A DNA stretch of 53,841 nt from Myxococcales bacterium (GCA_007124745.1 SLEO01000169.1:1-53841), one strand, 5' to 3'; counted from the first letter of the stretch, positions 8,552-19,886 are shown. Program-made: numbers and translations. The notes: generated by a model not told the origin, from the sequence alone.

Positions 8552-9088
8552 CTATGCAGCCTGGCCCCGCTCGGACAATCTCGTAGAAGCATCTGTGTGC
8601 GCTTCGACATTGCTACGTAGCTTCGCTCGTCCCCGACTCAGCCGCGACATCACCGTACCGAGGGGACACTGCAGTCGCTGAGCGGCTTCGCGGTACGAAC
8701 ATCCATCCAGGTCAACGAGCTTGACCACTTCGCGGTAACACGCTGGGAGCTGATTGACGTGGATGCGTAGATTCTCCGGCTCGACGCTTGGGCAACGCGA
8801 CTCTCCTGCAGTGTCACCGTCGGCGGGAAGAGCCACCTCCGACGGGCCGCCTTCCCATGGCTCGGGCGTGATGTCTTCGCGTCGCCTGTGCCTAAGCTCT
8901 TCGAGGAAGGCATTGCGCAAGACCCGTCCCATCCAGGCCCCAGGATTCTCATGCTCGGCGAGTGCGTCGCGATGTTGCCAAGCGCGCAACAGCGTTTCTT
9001 GCACTAAATCCTCTGCGTGGTGATCGTTTCGGGCAAGCCGTTTCGCCGAGCGGCAGAGCTGCGCAAAGTGTCGCTCTGCGCGCAGCAT
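8552..9088 (-). CDS. ECF-type RNA polymerase sigma-70 family factor
   Basis: Region 2 (AEDLVQETLLRAWQHRDAL) and region 4 HTH (YREVVKLVDLDGCSYREAAQRLQCPLGTVMSRLSRGRAKL) are present. The ORF extends to 9247; I trimmed it to M54 and the start is uncertain. No anti-sigma gene is adjacent. Confidence 0.85.
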   Translation of the reverse strand: MLRAERHFAQLCRSAKRLARNDHHAEDLVQETLLRAWQHRDALAEHENPGAWMGRVLRNAFLEELRHRRREDITPEPWEGGPSEVALPADGDTAGESRCPSVEPENLRIHVNQLPACYREVVKLVDLDGCSYREAAQRLQCPLGTVMSRLSRGRAKLRSNVEAHTDASTRLSERGQAA

Positions 9089-9471
9089 GAAGATTCGGTC
9101 ACATACGCGTTGGGGTGAGGCAAGCATCGGAGCTTTCGAGAGCAGCAAGTGTCGTTCCAACGCGCCAGATAGACCGAGGCCCAACTTCGCGCTGCAACTC
9201 AAGTCCTTTTTTGGGCGACGCAAGTGCAACAGAAAAGCCGCGCGCATTGCGCTGTTGCTATGTGCGCCTCGCGTAGCTTAACGCAAGCTATGTACAGCGA
9301 ACTCGCGGAGATTCGGCTCCCAGAAAAGTGGCTACTGCGCAAGCCACCATCGGCGCCACGAGTAGCCGCCTTCGCGCCCTACGCTAACACAAGTACGTCT
9401 GAGTCGTTCCCCCAAAAACCACGAGTCATCCAGCAAACGTGCCCCCCTTTGGAGACCCATGGTTGCGCAGT

Positions 9472-9852
9472 CTATCCTTCGGCTAACAGGAGCACGGTTG
9501 CCACAGCATAGTCGCCGTCATGGCTTAGTGTCACCAGCGTTCGCGTAATTTTTCGGAGCACGCAGAAGTCGCGCGCGCGTCCATGTACGTTAATCTCCGG
9601 TGCACCATTGCTCGCGCGCACTACCTCGATCTCACGCAGCGCCACGCCCCGTGGAACCGACGCCGCCTTGAGCCACGCCTCTTTCGCGGCGAAGCGCGCT
9701 GCGAAGGCGTGCGCGGCACGAGGTGCCGCTTCACAGTATCTCACTTCCGCGTCGGTGAGGACCCTACGGAAAAGTGCACCATGCCGACCTGCGGCTACGC
9801 GGCGCTGAATGCGTCTCGTATCACAGAGGTCCGTCCCTATTCCGTGAATCAT
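9472..9852 (-). CDS. acpS: Holo-[acyl-carrier-protein] synthase (4'-phosphopantetheinyl transferase)
   Basis: 126 aa. MIHGIGTDLCDTRRI, FAAKEAWLKA and TLSHDGDYAVATVLL match the AcpS family pattern and size. Confidence 0.9.
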   Translation of the reverse strand: MIHGIGTDLCDTRRIQRRVAAGRHGALFRRVLTDAEVRYCEAAPRAAHAFAARFAAKEAWLKAASVPRGVALREIEVVRASNGAPEINVHGRARDFCVLRKITRTLVTLSHDGDYAVATVLLLAEG

Positions 9853-9998
9853 TGCTCCGTTCCGTATACTTCTCTTGCGCCTTACGCCTTAGCCTTCGTG
9901 CATGATGACTGTGTGCAGCTTTTCGCCACCCCACCTAGACACGGATGAGGCCGAAAAAGCGCGCGTTCAGAACAGCGCTTGCACTCAGTGGCTGGTCA

Positions 9999-12227
9999 TC
10001 AGTCTGCGAACCGCGCGCGCTCAAGTTCGGTCAGCGCGTCTCGTAGGCTTGAATGGCTGTAGCCTGACGCGAGCATAGTCTCTAGCGCCCGGTCCACGCC
10101 ACCGGGCGGAATGCTGTCGCCCGGAAGACTTGCGCTGTCCACCTCACTGTCCTGGGGGGACAGTCGCAAGATAAGCGAGTGGACTGCGCGCCCCAACGTC
10201 GCCCGATGTTCCTCGAAGAATGCCTGCTCGAGACGGTCCGCGAAGGGCTGCAGCACGGAATCGATCGATGCCGCGGCGTCTTCCGTGCCCATCGCGCAGC
10301 CCGCCACTTGACTCATCAAATCCTGCCTGAAGCTTTCACCGCGCTTGATATCGAGTTGATGTTCGATGTGCGCCATGAAATCTTGGTCAGGGTCTTCGAA
10401 GACACCGGTCACCGGGTTGCGCACCTTCTCGCGCTTCAGTGACTGGGACACGTGCTGGAGGTAGCGATGCATGCGTTCAAGCTCACTTCCCTCCTCCACG
10501 AGCTTCAGGGCGTGGCGAACATCCGCCTCCACAAGGTCGAGCCAGAGCTGTCGCACTTCCGCGATGAACCCCGTTGCGTCGTAGTAACCATTCTCCGGCT
10601 CCAGCTTGAGGAAGGCATGGTCACTACGTCTGCAAAAGTCTTCAAGGCTGCGTAAGATGGCGAGTGGAGACAGGCCTTCGAATCCCGGTCTATCGGCTGC
10701 ATCGATAAGGACGAGAAGCATGTCGCGCGGCGACATGCCGCTGCCGCCTTCATAGTCCGCATCCGCAGCGCACTCGTCCGCAACGAGTAGCTTCGCGGCC
10801 CGTAGCTCGGCGGCTGCTTGTGCATCAAAACGCCGAGGCAGCTCGTCGCTCGCAAAAAACTTCGCTTTTTCCATGGGAGACAGCGACGACACCATTTGCC
10901 CGAGCTTTGCCGACGGATAGCGCTCGGAGAGCGGACGCTTCAGCCGCGTCAGTACCGCCCAAGTCGCGGCCATGTGGAGCGCGTGCGGAGCGATGTGGCA
11001 CGCGAGTTTAGGCGCGACCTGAGTGGCATACACCGCCTCCTCATCATGTACATTGAGCAGATAGGGCATCCGCACGAGCCTGAGTCTACCCCTAAAAGAC
11101 AGGTATTCGTGATGTTGCTTAAATGCCTCAAGGTGGAGGTCATTCGAGGTTCCAAGCATGACCGAATCGAGGGGCAAGTTGCTTGTCGTCAACGCCACCT
11201 CCGAGGTTTCCACGGCCGTCAGAAGGTAGCGCCATGCGTCGATGGGCCGCTTCAAAAGGTCGCTAAACTCGATAACCCCGCGACTCGCGTCCGGGAGCGG
11301 CCCCTCGACGTTGAAAAGAGCCAGTGCGGATAGGGATGCGGGCAACGCATGGAGCGACAGGTCGGCGGTGATCTGTCGTTCACGAGCGTCGACCGATAGC
11401 TGCGGCCCAAGCGACACCATACCCCGACGAAATCGCCTAGAAAGCGTAAAGCGCTCGACCTGGACATGCGCGAGCACACGTTGAAAGTCCCCTTGGTAGC
11501 CAACCAGCAAGGCTTCCAAAATCTGCTGATTGTTGTGACCGAGATTGCCCTCCCACAGCATGCGCGGGATGCGAATCTCACGACCTTGGTAAGCCTCTTT
11601 TATCCACGCCTGGCGCTCACGGGTGGGCATCAGCAGCAACGGATGCTCGCGAAGCGGACTCTTGAGCTTCACCGCTAGCTGTGTGTCCGGCAGGTGTGCA
11701 TAGGTCGAAAGCTGCGCGGACGTGGAGTGAAGCGCCGCAAATCCGATGTGCTTGTCTTCATGCCCTACCGGAAATACCCAGGAGAATGTGTAGAGCGCAC
11801 CGTCGGCCAGAGCAGAGTAGCGTTCAAGCCCGCGCATCATGCACGAAACCAGCGTACTTTTCGCCGAACCGTTCGGGCCGTGTAGCAGGACTAGCCGGTT
11901 GGCACGGCCGAGCTTGACGAACGATTCAACGCTTTGATACACCGCCTGCTGTACGGCTTCGTGGCCCACCAGCGTCAGTTCCGCGTCCGCAGTAGCAGGC
12001 GCGTTCCCGTCGCCGTCAAAGATACGAAAGCGACGTTGAGCACCCAGGGGCGTGTTGACTTCGTACGCGCCGAAGTGATCGAAGCAATCCTTGAGGTAAC
12101 TGGGCGCGTCGCGAAGGTGCCGCTGGGGATGCGCAGCGCACTCCTCCAGGTATTCGTTGAAGCTTAGGACCCGTTTTTGGGCCTCGAAGGCGCGAGCAAC
12201 CGCATCGGTGATACTTTCGATGGACAT
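9999..12227 (-). CDS. prkA: PrkA-family serine protein kinase (AAA-type P-loop)
   Basis: ORF 9999..12263, trimmed to MSIESITD... with AAGGAAAG upstream. It has the Walker A motif LLHGPNGSAKST and a PrkA-like N-terminal (YLKDCFDHFG) and C-terminal region. Confidence 0.88.
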   Translation of the reverse strand: MSIESITDAVARAFEAQKRVLSFNEYLEECAAHPQRHLRDAPSYLKDCFDHFGAYEVNTPLGAQRRFRIFDGDGNAPATADAELTLVGHEAVQQAVYQSVESFVKLGRANRLVLLHGPNGSAKSTLVSCMMRGLERYSALADGALYTFSWVFPVGHEDKHIGFAALHSTSAQLSTYAHLPDTQLAVKLKSPLREHPLLLMPTRERQAWIKEAYQGREIRIPRMLWEGNLGHNNQQILEALLVGYQGDFQRVLAHVQVERFTLSRRFRRGMVSLGPQLSVDARERQITADLSLHALPASLSALALFNVEGPLPDASRGVIEFSDLLKRPIDAWRYLLTAVETSEVALTTSNLPLDSVMLGTSNDLHLEAFKQHHEYLSFRGRLRLVRMPYLLNVHDEEAVYATQVAPKLACHIAPHALHMAATWAVLTRLKRPLSERYPSAKLGQMVSSLSPMEKAKFFASDELPRRFDAQAAAELRAAKLLVADECAADADYEGGSGMSPRDMLLVLIDAADRPGFEGLSPLAILRSLEDFCRRSDHAFLKLEPENGYYDATGFIAEVRQLWLDLVEADVRHALKLVEEGSELERMHRYLQHVSQSLKREKVRNPVTGVFEDPDQDFMAHIEHQLDIKRGESFRQDLMSQVAGCAMGTEDAAASIDSVLQPFADRLEQAFFEEHRATLGRAVHSLILRLSPQDSEVDSASLPGDSIPPGGVDRALETMLASGYSHSSLRDALTELERARFAD

Positions 12228-12269
12228 AGCGCTTTCCTTAATCACCCGCAGGCAAGCGGCCACAACCCA

Positions 12270-12863
12270 TTACTTTGAGGCCAGCGGTACGCGAATCGTT
12301 TCCGTGGCAGGCAGGCAGTTCTCTTTCGTGCACACAGCAAAATCTGCCTCGACGTAAACGCAGCCGTCCCCTGCATCCTTCATCGTAAAGGGTATATCGA
12401 AACGCGCGACGTCCGCGGTGAACTCAGCCGCGTCGGCTTGCGTGAGTTCTTTGACCGGAAGCTCGATACCGGCGTCGGACCTCAGCGTAAGCGCGAAAGG
12501 GTATTCGACGTTGACGTGCCACTCACCGCGACCACGAATCTCGACGGAAAACTTTTGAGGCTCACCCTTGGGATACGGAAGGTCGACGTGCGACTTGACC
12601 TCATACCCGTCGGTCACGACCTCCGGCTCGAGCGCCTCATCGTCCTTCGTCGGCGCCGCTTCAACAGGCGCTCCTTCGGGAGTTGCCGGCTCAGCCGCGA
12701 CTAGGGGCGTCGCCTCACTACCTGCATTGCTTGCGGCATCCTTGGACTTGCAGCCATCACAACCTACAAGGTTGACCGCGATCGCCAACCCAGCGCTCGT
12801 AGCAACAATCATAGCAAGACTCGAAAAGCGAAAGCCCAAGGGCGAGCGAGCTGCTGCACGCAT
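12270..12863 (-). CDS. Lipoprotein with C-terminal DsbD-N/DsbC-like Cys-pair domain (tentative)
   Basis: The signal and lipobox-like sequence is MRAAARSPLGFRFSSLAMIVATSAGLAIAVNLVGC. A Pro/Ala/Glu linker follows, then a beta-rich domain ending in FAVCTKENCLPATE. Its stop lies 42 nt upstream of the prkA start. The start was chosen at M39 of the track ORF. Confidence 0.5.
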   Translation of the reverse strand: MRAAARSPLGFRFSSLAMIVATSAGLAIAVNLVGCDGCKSKDAASNAGSEATPLVAAEPATPEGAPVEAAPTKDDEALEPEVVTDGYEVKSHVDLPYPKGEPQKFSVEIRGRGEWHVNVEYPFALTLRSDAGIELPVKELTQADAAEFTADVARFDIPFTMKDAGDGCVYVEADFAVCTKENCLPATETIRVPLASK

Positions 12864-13363
12864 GCGGTACCTAGTCATAGAGTTCCAGGGTACCAAGACC
12901 GACACGGAATCACGACCAAAACTTGCGAATACGCGAAATGCGGCCGAAAGCGCGCGACCGCTGCCGGCCACCGACACGCCTCACAAGGCCAGTGCATGCC
13001 TAGCGCGAAGCGGGGCGCCATCGCGCAAGACCTGGACCCGCCGGGAGGGTTCCGGTTAATCTGTAGAAGTGCCCGCTATGGCCCCGACCGCTTCGCCTCT
13101 GCAGCGTCCGATATGCAGTGCCGCGCCGTATCTCTTGCGCGCGTGCGAACATCGCAGAAGCGCGACGCCCATATTTCTGCGAACTCACGGAATAGGGGGC
13201 GCCGGCGGTAGCTGTTGCAGTCGCAGCGCGGCGCGGAGGACAGACGCGGCGATCCCTCGAGTCGAGTGGGCGGCTAGGCGGGCTAACCAGGACTTACGCA
13301 ACGGTAGCAACGATGACCATGCGATTGGGCCACGCGACGTGTGCGAAAGGTCGCGTTAGGACC

Positions 13364-14569
13364 ATGCGTCGTACCAAACGCGTAGGTCGGTATCACTTGG
13401 TCGCCCGCATCGCTTATGGCGGTATGGCCGAAATCTTTCGTGGGTTTACCTACGACCAGGATGGCTACCGTCGGGATGTCGCGGTAAAGCGGCTTCTCCC
13501 GCATTTCGTCGAAGACCAGCAGCTTGTCGATATGCTGGTGGACGAGTTCAAACTCGTCTCAAACCTGCGGCACCCCAACATCGCAGCGGTCTACGAACTC
13601 GTCGATGTCGACAGCTCGATTCTCATCGCCATGGAATACGTCGACGGGAAAGACCTGCGCTCGACGCTTGACCTTTGCTTGCGCGAACGCAAGCCGCTCG
13701 ATCTTGACCTAGTCGCCTACATCATGCTCAAGGTCCTCGCAGGGCTGCATGTCGCGCACAACGCACTCGACGCGCAGGGCAATCGCCTCGACATCGTGCA
13801 CCGCGACGTCAGTCCGTCTAACATCCTGGCGACCTATGACGGTCATATCAAGATTTGCGATTTTGGTGTCGCCAAGGCCCGCCAAAATCGGGTCAATACC
13901 AAGACCGGAATCATCAAGGGCAAGATCAAGTACATGTCGCCGGAGCAGGCCTTCGGCCACAAGCTGGACCAACGCAGCGACGTATTTAGTGCAGGATCCG
14001 TGCTCTATGAGCTTTGTACCGGCCGGCCGCCCTTCCGCGCACGGAACGAAATTGACCTTATCTTCGCGGTTCGGTCAGCGACTCCTGTTCCCGCAGAGGC
14101 CATCAACACGGCGATTCCATCGGACCTTGCGGCGATCATTCGCCGTTCGATGACAAAGTCGCCGGAAGAGCGCTATGAAAATGCCGCCGCATTCGCCGAG
14201 GCGCTAAAGCGCTTTTTGCAACGCTTTGACTCCACCTACCGGCGAGCAAGACTTGCCAATATGATGAAGACGCTCTGGGCCAAAGAGATTGACTCCGAGC
14301 TGCGCTCGCTTGAGGATCTCGTGCTCGATGAGAGCGCAGCTGCAAGTTTGGGGACCAACCTGATCGCCGATGCTCAAGGACCGGAAGCCGAGTTTGCCCG
14401 CTTCTCGCCCTTCGCCCGCGACAACCCCGCCAGGACAACACTCAAGCCCCCGCCGCCGCAGGAGCGCACGACACGCACCGAAGAACTCGCGTGCGATGAG
14501 CCGGAGATCATCCGCTGTGATGAACTCGACAGCATCGGCGTCAGCCCGTCCCCGACTTCACGCGACTAG
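13364..14569 (+). CDS. Hanks-type Ser/Thr protein kinase
   Basis: Kinase motifs are present: GGMAEIFRG (G-loop), VAVKRL (catalytic Lys), HRDVSPSNIL, ICDFGVAKA and YMSPEQ. The ORF begins at 13313; the start is uncertain (M1 or M18). Confidence 0.9.
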   Translation: MRRTKRVGRYHLVARIAYGGMAEIFRGFTYDQDGYRRDVAVKRLLPHFVEDQQLVDMLVDEFKLVSNLRHPNIAAVYELVDVDSSILIAMEYVDGKDLRSTLDLCLRERKPLDLDLVAYIMLKVLAGLHVAHNALDAQGNRLDIVHRDVSPSNILATYDGHIKICDFGVAKARQNRVNTKTGIIKGKIKYMSPEQAFGHKLDQRSDVFSAGSVLYELCTGRPPFRARNEIDLIFAVRSATPVPAEAINTAIPSDLAAIIRRSMTKSPEERYENAAAFAEALKRFLQRFDSTYRRARLANMMKTLWAKEIDSELRSLEDLVLDESAAASLGTNLIADAQGPEAEFARFSPFARDNPARTTLKPPPPQERTTRTEELACDEPEIIRCDELDSIGVSPSPTSRD

Positions 14570-15652
14570 CGGGTCGGTCATGGTCGCCGCGTCCTCGCTC
14601 GCGCTTCTGCTAAAGTCCGCGGGGTTGGGCAAACGCTGTGGCCAGGTGTCACCCTCGCGTTCCCGCCAAATCGACTGCATGTCCGCAGGCACGGGCGCTG
14701 TATAAGTGAGCGACCCCTCACGCGTGGAGGGGTCGGGTAGACTGAGCCACCAAGCATGAAGAAGGTGCCGAGCCGCCCCGCATCGACTCGCCCAAAGGTC
14801 GTCGAAGGTCCCCATCGTGTAAGCATCAAACGCGGCTTGCCCCTCAGGGCCATAGAGCTTGTCGCCGATGATGGAGGAGCCGAGAGCCGCCAGGTGCACC
14901 CGCAACTGATGCTGGCGCCCGGTGACTGGCCGCAGGGCCACCAACTGCGTCCGCTGCCCACTTGCGAGGACACGAAAGAAGGTGCGCGCCTGCCATCCAG
15001 CCTCGGGAGCGGGCTCCGCGACCTCTATCCGGTAGTGCGGCCCCTCAAGCGCGCGGCGCAGGGGCAGGTCAACGACACCGCGTTGAGGCAAAACACAGCG
15101 CTCAACAAGCGCAAGGTACACCTTTTCTGTTTGTCGGTGCTCGAATGCGTACTTGATCCGACGGTCGATCTCGGCACTGCGAGCGCACACGAGAATACCA
15201 CTCGTTTCACGGTCGAGGCGATGTCCAAGGCGGGGCGTGGGCTCACCGTAGTGGTCGCGCAACCACTGGGTGAGTGTATGGAGATGGTAGGTCGCGCTTG
15301 GGTGCACCGGAAGCCCAGGGGGCTTGTCAACAACGACTAGACGCTCATCCTCAAAGAGGATGGGTACGTCGACCCGAGTCTCAGGTTCATGCAGACGAGG
15401 TCGAAGAAGACACACGCTCTCGCCTACCTGAACCCGCTCGGAAGGATAGCGACGTCTGCCATCAGGGGCGAAGGCGCATGCTCGAATGATGTCTTGAGCC
15501 TTATTGCGGCTTAGGCGCGGGATGCAGCCAGAGACAAAGCGGTCAAGGCGAACACCTCCCCATTCCCGGGTCACCTCGAACACCAGCAAGTGCCCCTCAG
15601 GATCACCGTCGAGCGACATCTCCGGAAGTGCGCTGGCCACCTTGACACGCAT
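14558..15652 (-). CDS. RluA-family 23S rRNA/tRNA pseudouridine synthase with N-terminal S4-like domain
   Basis: It has the HRLDRETSGILVCA catalytic Asp motif, a VVDKPPGLPVHP motif and an S4-like RLDRFVS segment. Its 3' end overlaps the convergent kinase gene by 12 nt. Confidence 0.9.
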   Translation of the reverse strand: MRVKVASALPEMSLDGDPEGHLLVFEVTREWGGVRLDRFVSGCIPRLSRNKAQDIIRACAFAPDGRRRYPSERVQVGESVCLLRPRLHEPETRVDVPILFEDERLVVVDKPPGLPVHPSATYHLHTLTQWLRDHYGEPTPRLGHRLDRETSGILVCARSAEIDRRIKYAFEHRQTEKVYLALVERCVLPQRGVVDLPLRRALEGPHYRIEVAEPAPEAGWQARTFFRVLASGQRTQLVALRPVTGRQHQLRVHLAALGSSIIGDKLYGPEGQAAFDAYTMGTFDDLWASRCGAARHLLHAWWLSLPDPSTREGSLTYTAPVPADMQSIWREREGDTWPQRLPNPADFSRSASEDAATMTDPLVA

Positions 15653-15797
15653 CGCTACTTAAGGAACCGCTCAGATACAAGCATACAGCCCGTCAGACGT
15701 GGGAACAGCAACCCGCCTCTCATGTCATCGGGCCGCACATGCGTGCTGGATGTATCGGGCTCGGCGCAAGCGCTTCCGAAAGTTTTCGATGCTTCGG

Positions 15798-16265
15798 CTA
15801 CCACTCAATCGCCGTTATCTCGTAGGTCCGGGCGCCTCCCGGTGCGTGAACCGTGACTTCGTCACCGACTTCTCGGTTCATTAACGCCATCGAGAGCGGC
15901 GAGGTGACCGAAATCGAACCCTGCTTGATGTCCGCCTCGTCGGCGCCCACTAGCCGGTAGGTGACCGACGTGCCGGAATCGACATCTTCAAGGGAAACGC
16001 GCGCGCCGAACTTCACCCGGTCTCCGCCAAGCGTCGACGGATCGATGACCTCCGCCCGAGAGATTCGGTCCTCGATTTCGCGAATTCGCGCCTCTTGCAT
16101 GCCCTGCTTTTCGCGCGCCGCATGATATTCTGCATTTTCCTTCAAGTCGCCATGGTCGCGCGCTTCGCCGATTTCTCGCGAGATTTTCGGGCGCTCGCTG
16201 CGCAAAAATTCAAGCTCCTGTTTTAAGGCCTCAAGGCCAGCGGGGCTGATGGGAACACGGTCCAT
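15798..16265 (-). CDS. greA: Transcription elongation factor GreA
   Basis: 155 aa. The coiled-coil N-terminus has DLKENAEYHAAREKQ and the C-terminal globular domain has ISVTSPLSMALM. The size and motifs are typical of GreA. Confidence 0.95.
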   Translation of the reverse strand: MDRVPISPAGLEALKQELEFLRSERPKISREIGEARDHGDLKENAEYHAAREKQGMQEARIREIEDRISRAEVIDPSTLGGDRVKFGARVSLEDVDSGTSVTYRLVGADEADIKQGSISVTSPLSMALMNREVGDEVTVHAPGGARTYEITAIEW

Positions 16266-16487
16266 AAATCATCTCTTATGCAAGGTCGCCGGGTTTCAAC
16301 GGTGAACACCTGGAAGCGCGCAAGCTAGCTAAATGTGGTTGCACGCCCCAAGGGACTTGAACCGACTTCGTCACCAAGCCTTAACACCAACCACGGGAAC
16401 ACGCAGCGGAAGCGCGCAAGATTAGCGTAGTCGTTCTGTTACTGTGCGTAGGCGCACTGCCATGACCGCCGTTTCACTCGGGCGAAG

Positions 16488-19400
16488 CTAGGTGCGGTGG
16501 AGCTCCTGAAGCGACACAACACTGAGAGGCTGCTTGCGCGTCTCCAGCGCAGCCACCGCAGCCGAGGCGCCCTGAATCGTAGTGAAATAAGGCACCCCAC
16601 TCAACAGCGTCTGACGGCGCAGCTCGCGACTGTCGCGAATCGCCTCCCGACCCGCGGTGGTGTTGATGACTAGATGGAAACTCCCATTGTGCAAACCATC
16701 AACGATGTTGGGTCTGCCTTGGGCGACTTTATTCACCTGCGACGCGGATACACCCTCCGCTCTCAGCGCGTCAGCCGTGCCAGCGGTGGCCGCGATCGAG
16801 AATCCTAGTCGCTGGAGCCGCACACCCAGTGCACTTGCCAAGCGCTTATCTTCATCACGCACACTCATCAGGACGGTTCCGGTCTCGGGTATCACAGCTG
16901 ATACGCCCAGCATCGCCTTAAGAAATGCCTCCGGAAACGTCTTCCCAATGCCCATCACCTCGCCGGTGGACCTCATCTCCGGGCCAAGCAGCGCATCGGA
17001 ACCTTGGAACTTGATGAAGGGAAACACGGACTCCTTCACCGTCACGCACTTCATCTGCGTCGGCCGCGCTTCAGGAATGTCCTTTAGTTTTCGCCCCGCC
17101 ATGACCCAGGCTGCGATCTTCGCCAGTGGCACACCCGAGGCCTTGGAAAGAAATGGTACGGTACGAGACGCACGGGGATTGACCTCGATAACGTAGACAA
17201 CCTCATCGAGCACTGCGAACTGCACATTCATCAGGCCGATGACGCCCAGCTCGAGCGCGAGTGCCTCGGCCGCAGAACTGAGTGCTTCAGTCACGGCGGG
17301 ACTCAAGTCGTGCGCGGGGAACACCAACGCTGAATCCCCTGAGTGGATGCCGGCTTCTTCAATATGTTGCTGGATTCCTCCGATGAAGACGTCGGTGCCG
17401 TCGCATACGACATCCACGTCAACCTCTGTCGCGTGTTCGAGGAACTTGTCCACGAGGACGGTCGGTGAGGTCACCTCCTCGAGCTCAGCAAAAGCGTCAC
17501 CGAGATAGCGGGTCAGCTCGGCAACGGACGTGACGACCTCCATTGCGCGACCGCCAAGGACGTAGCTGGGCCGCACGAGCACTGGAAACCCGAGGGTCTC
17601 TGCCACGCGCAAAGCGTCCTCGCTTCCCTTCGCGATGGCGCCCTGGGGCCGCTTGAGCTGGAGCTTCTCTAGCAGTGCTTCGAAGCGCTCCCTGTCCTCC
17701 GCTCGGTCCGTAGCATCCGCCGATGTGCCGAGGAGAGGGATGCCTGCGCGTTCCAGTTCACGTGCAAGACGGATGGGCGTCTGGCCTCCGAACTGAACCA
17801 CGACGCCGATAGGACGTTCGACCTCACAAATGCGTTGAACAGATTCGAAGGTTAGCGGCTCGAAGTAGAGCCTATCTGAGGTGTCAAAGTCCGTGGAGAC
17901 CGTCTCAGGGTTGCAGTTGATCATCACTGTGCGGAGCCCGGCTTCGCGAAAGGCTTGGCATGCGTGCACGCAGCAGTAGTCGAACTCGATACCCTGCCCT
18001 ATCCGGTTGGGCCCGCCGCCAAGAATGACCACCGTCTGTGGTGATGACTCCTTAAGATCGCCGGGCGGCGCGGCTTCGCTCTCGCCGCTAAAGGTGCCGT
18101 AGAAGTAGGGCGTCGTTGCAGGAAACTCCGCTGCGCAGCTATCCACTGCCAGGTAGCCCTGCTCAATACCTGCCTCACGTTCGGCCGTTAGCACTTCCGC
18201 CTCGCTACATCCCGAAAGACGAGCCACGTGTCGGCGGGAAAAGCCGGACTGACGTGCTTCCCGGAGAAGTCGCGCGTTCCGAACCACACTTGTGCTCTCA
18301 CGCTGGATGGCGCGTTCGATGGCGATAATTGCGCCGAACTCAGCAACAAACCAGGGATCAATTCCAGAAACCCGAACGATATCGGACTGGCTCATGCCCG
18401 CGCGCAGAGCATCGCCGAGATACCACAAACGGTCCGCGAGCGGCGTCGCGAGAATCTCCGCAAATGCCGCCTTGAGTTCTTCAGGATCAGGCTGGCGTTC
18501 GCCGCCAGTGTCGGGCGTGCCTCCGCTCTGTGGCGCAAGCGAGAATCCCTGAAGGTCTGCGGGTAGCCGCAGGCACGACTTCAGTGAAAGTGGCGTGCCT
18601 CGGAGCCGACTGGCGCGTACCGCCTCCGCAAGCTTCAGGTAGTCCATGCGCGCTTCAAGCGAAACAAGCCCATCACGACCGAGCTCAAGCGACCTTAGAG
18701 CCTTCTGAAAAGACTCCCGAAACGTCCGGCCAAGCGACATCGCTTCGCCCACGGACTTCATTTGCGTTCCAAGACGAGGGTCCGTTCCTTCAAACTTTTC
18801 GAACGCAAAGCGCGGCGCTTTAGTGACGACGTAATCGATTGCAGGTTCGAAAGCTGCGCTGGTACCGGTGATAGGGTTACGCAGCTCATCGAGGCGGTAG
18901 CCCACCGCCAGTTTGGCGGCGATACGTGCGATGGGATAGCCCGTCGCTTTAGACGCCAGAGCGCTCGAGCGTGAGACCCGAGGATTCATCTCGATGACAA
19001 CGATGCGGCCATCGGTAGGATTGAGCGCGAACTGAACGTTTGAGCCCCCCGTATCGACGCCGATTTCAATAAGGACCGCTTTGGCCGCATTGCGCAGCCG
19101 CTGGAACTCACGGTCAGTGAGTGTCATGGCAGGGGCCACCGTCACAGAGTCACCCGTGTGGACACCCATCGCATCGATGTTCTCGATGGTGCACACCACA
19201 ATAAAGTTGTCCGCGGGGTCGCGAATGACCTCTAGCTCAAACTCCTTCCAGCCGAGCACGCTTTCTTCGATGAGACATTCGTGCGTCGGACTCTGTTTGA
19301 GCGCCCAGAGCAGCTTCTGCTCAAACTCCTCGGCATTGTAAGCGATCCCGCCACCGCTGCCTCCCATGGTAAAGGAGGGCCTGAGGATGATTGGGAAGCC

Positions 19401-19886
19401 GATGCTCTCTACGGCCTCGCGTCCTGCCTCCAGTGAACGGGCTACGAAAGCGCGGGGACACTGCAGGCCAATGCGCTCCATCGCCGCCTTGAAGAGCGCT
19501 CGGTCTTCGGCCTTGCGGATGGCATCGAGACGCGCGCCAATCAGCTCAACCTGGTAGCGCTCAAGAACGCCGCGTTCGGCAAGCTCGAGAGCAAGGTTGA
19601 GCGCTGTTTGTCCACCCAATGTGGGTAAAAGCGCGTCGGGCCGCTCCCGCTCGATGATCGCTTCCAGAACCTCGGGTTGCAAAGGCTCGACGTAAGTTCG
19701 ATCCGCGACCCCCGGATCCGTCATGATCGTCGCCGGATTCGAGTTGACAAGAACTACCTCGTAGCCCTCTTCCTTGAGCGCCTGCGCGCCCTGCGTCCCC
19801 GAATAATCGAACTCGCACGCTTGGCCGATAACGATGGGACCCGAGCCCACCAACATGATTTTTCTGAGGTCGTCGCGCCTGGGCAT
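16488..19886 (-). CDS. carB: Carbamoyl-phosphate synthase large subunit
   Basis: ORF trimmed to [32 protein letters not shown]. It has duplicated ATP-grasp halves (second half [23 protein letters not shown]) and a C-terminal MGS-like domain. No carA is adjacent. Confidence 0.97.
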   Translation of the reverse strand: MPRRDDLRKIMLVGSGPIVIGQACEFDYSGTQGAQALKEEGYEVVLVNSNPATIMTDPGVADRTYVEPLQPEVLEAIIERERPDALLPTLGGQTALNLALELAERGVLERYQVELIGARLDAIRKAEDRALFKAAMERIGLQCPRAFVARSLEAGREAVESIGFPIILRPSFTMGGSGGGIAYNAEEFEQKLLWALKQSPTHECLIEESVLGWKEFELEVIRDPADNFIVVCTIENIDAMGVHTGDSVTVAPAMTLTDREFQRLRNAAKAVLIEIGVDTGGSNVQFALNPTDGRIVVIEMNPRVSRSSALASKATGYPIARIAAKLAVGYRLDELRNPITGTSAAFEPAIDYVVTKAPRFAFEKFEGTDPRLGTQMKSVGEAMSLGRTFRESFQKALRSLELGRDGLVSLEARMDYLKLAEAVRASRLRGTPLSLKSCLRLPADLQGFSLAPQSGGTPDTGGERQPDPEELKAAFAEILATPLADRLWYLGDALRAGMSQSDIVRVSGIDPWFVAEFGAIIAIERAIQRESTSVVRNARLLREARQSGFSRRHVARLSGCSEAEVLTAEREAGIEQGYLAVDSCAAEFPATTPYFYGTFSGESEAAPPGDLKESSPQTVVILGGGPNRIGQGIEFDYCCVHACQAFREAGLRTVMINCNPETVSTDFDTSDRLYFEPLTFESVQRICEVERPIGVVVQFGGQTPIRLARELERAGIPLLGTSADATDRAEDRERFEALLEKLQLKRPQGAIAKGSEDALRVAETLGFPVLVRPSYVLGGRAMEVVTSVAELTRYLGDAFAELEEVTSPTVLVDKFLEHATEVDVDVVCDGTDVFIGGIQQHIEEAGIHSGDSALVFPAHDLSPAVTEALSSAAEALALELGVIGLMNVQFAVLDEVVYVIEVNPRASRTVPFLSKASGVPLAKIAAWVMAGRKLKDIPEARPTQMKCVTVKESVFPFIKFQGSDALLGPEMRSTGEVMGIGKTFPEAFLKAMLGVSAVIPETGTVLMSVRDEDKRLASALGVRLQRLGFSIAATAGTADALRAEGVSASQVNKVAQGRPNIVDGLHNGSFHLVINTTAGREAIRDSRELRRQTLLSGVPYFTTIQGASAAVAALETRKQPLSVVSLQELHRT

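Noticed and set aside
16266-16487. 222-nt ORF-free spacer between carB and greA with a small hairpin (GTGCGTAGGCGCAC, 16446-16459), considered as a terminator or sRNA
   Set aside because: The stem is only 5 bp and no U-tract follows in the transcript direction. It shows no similarity to anything I recognise, so the evidence is too weak to call.
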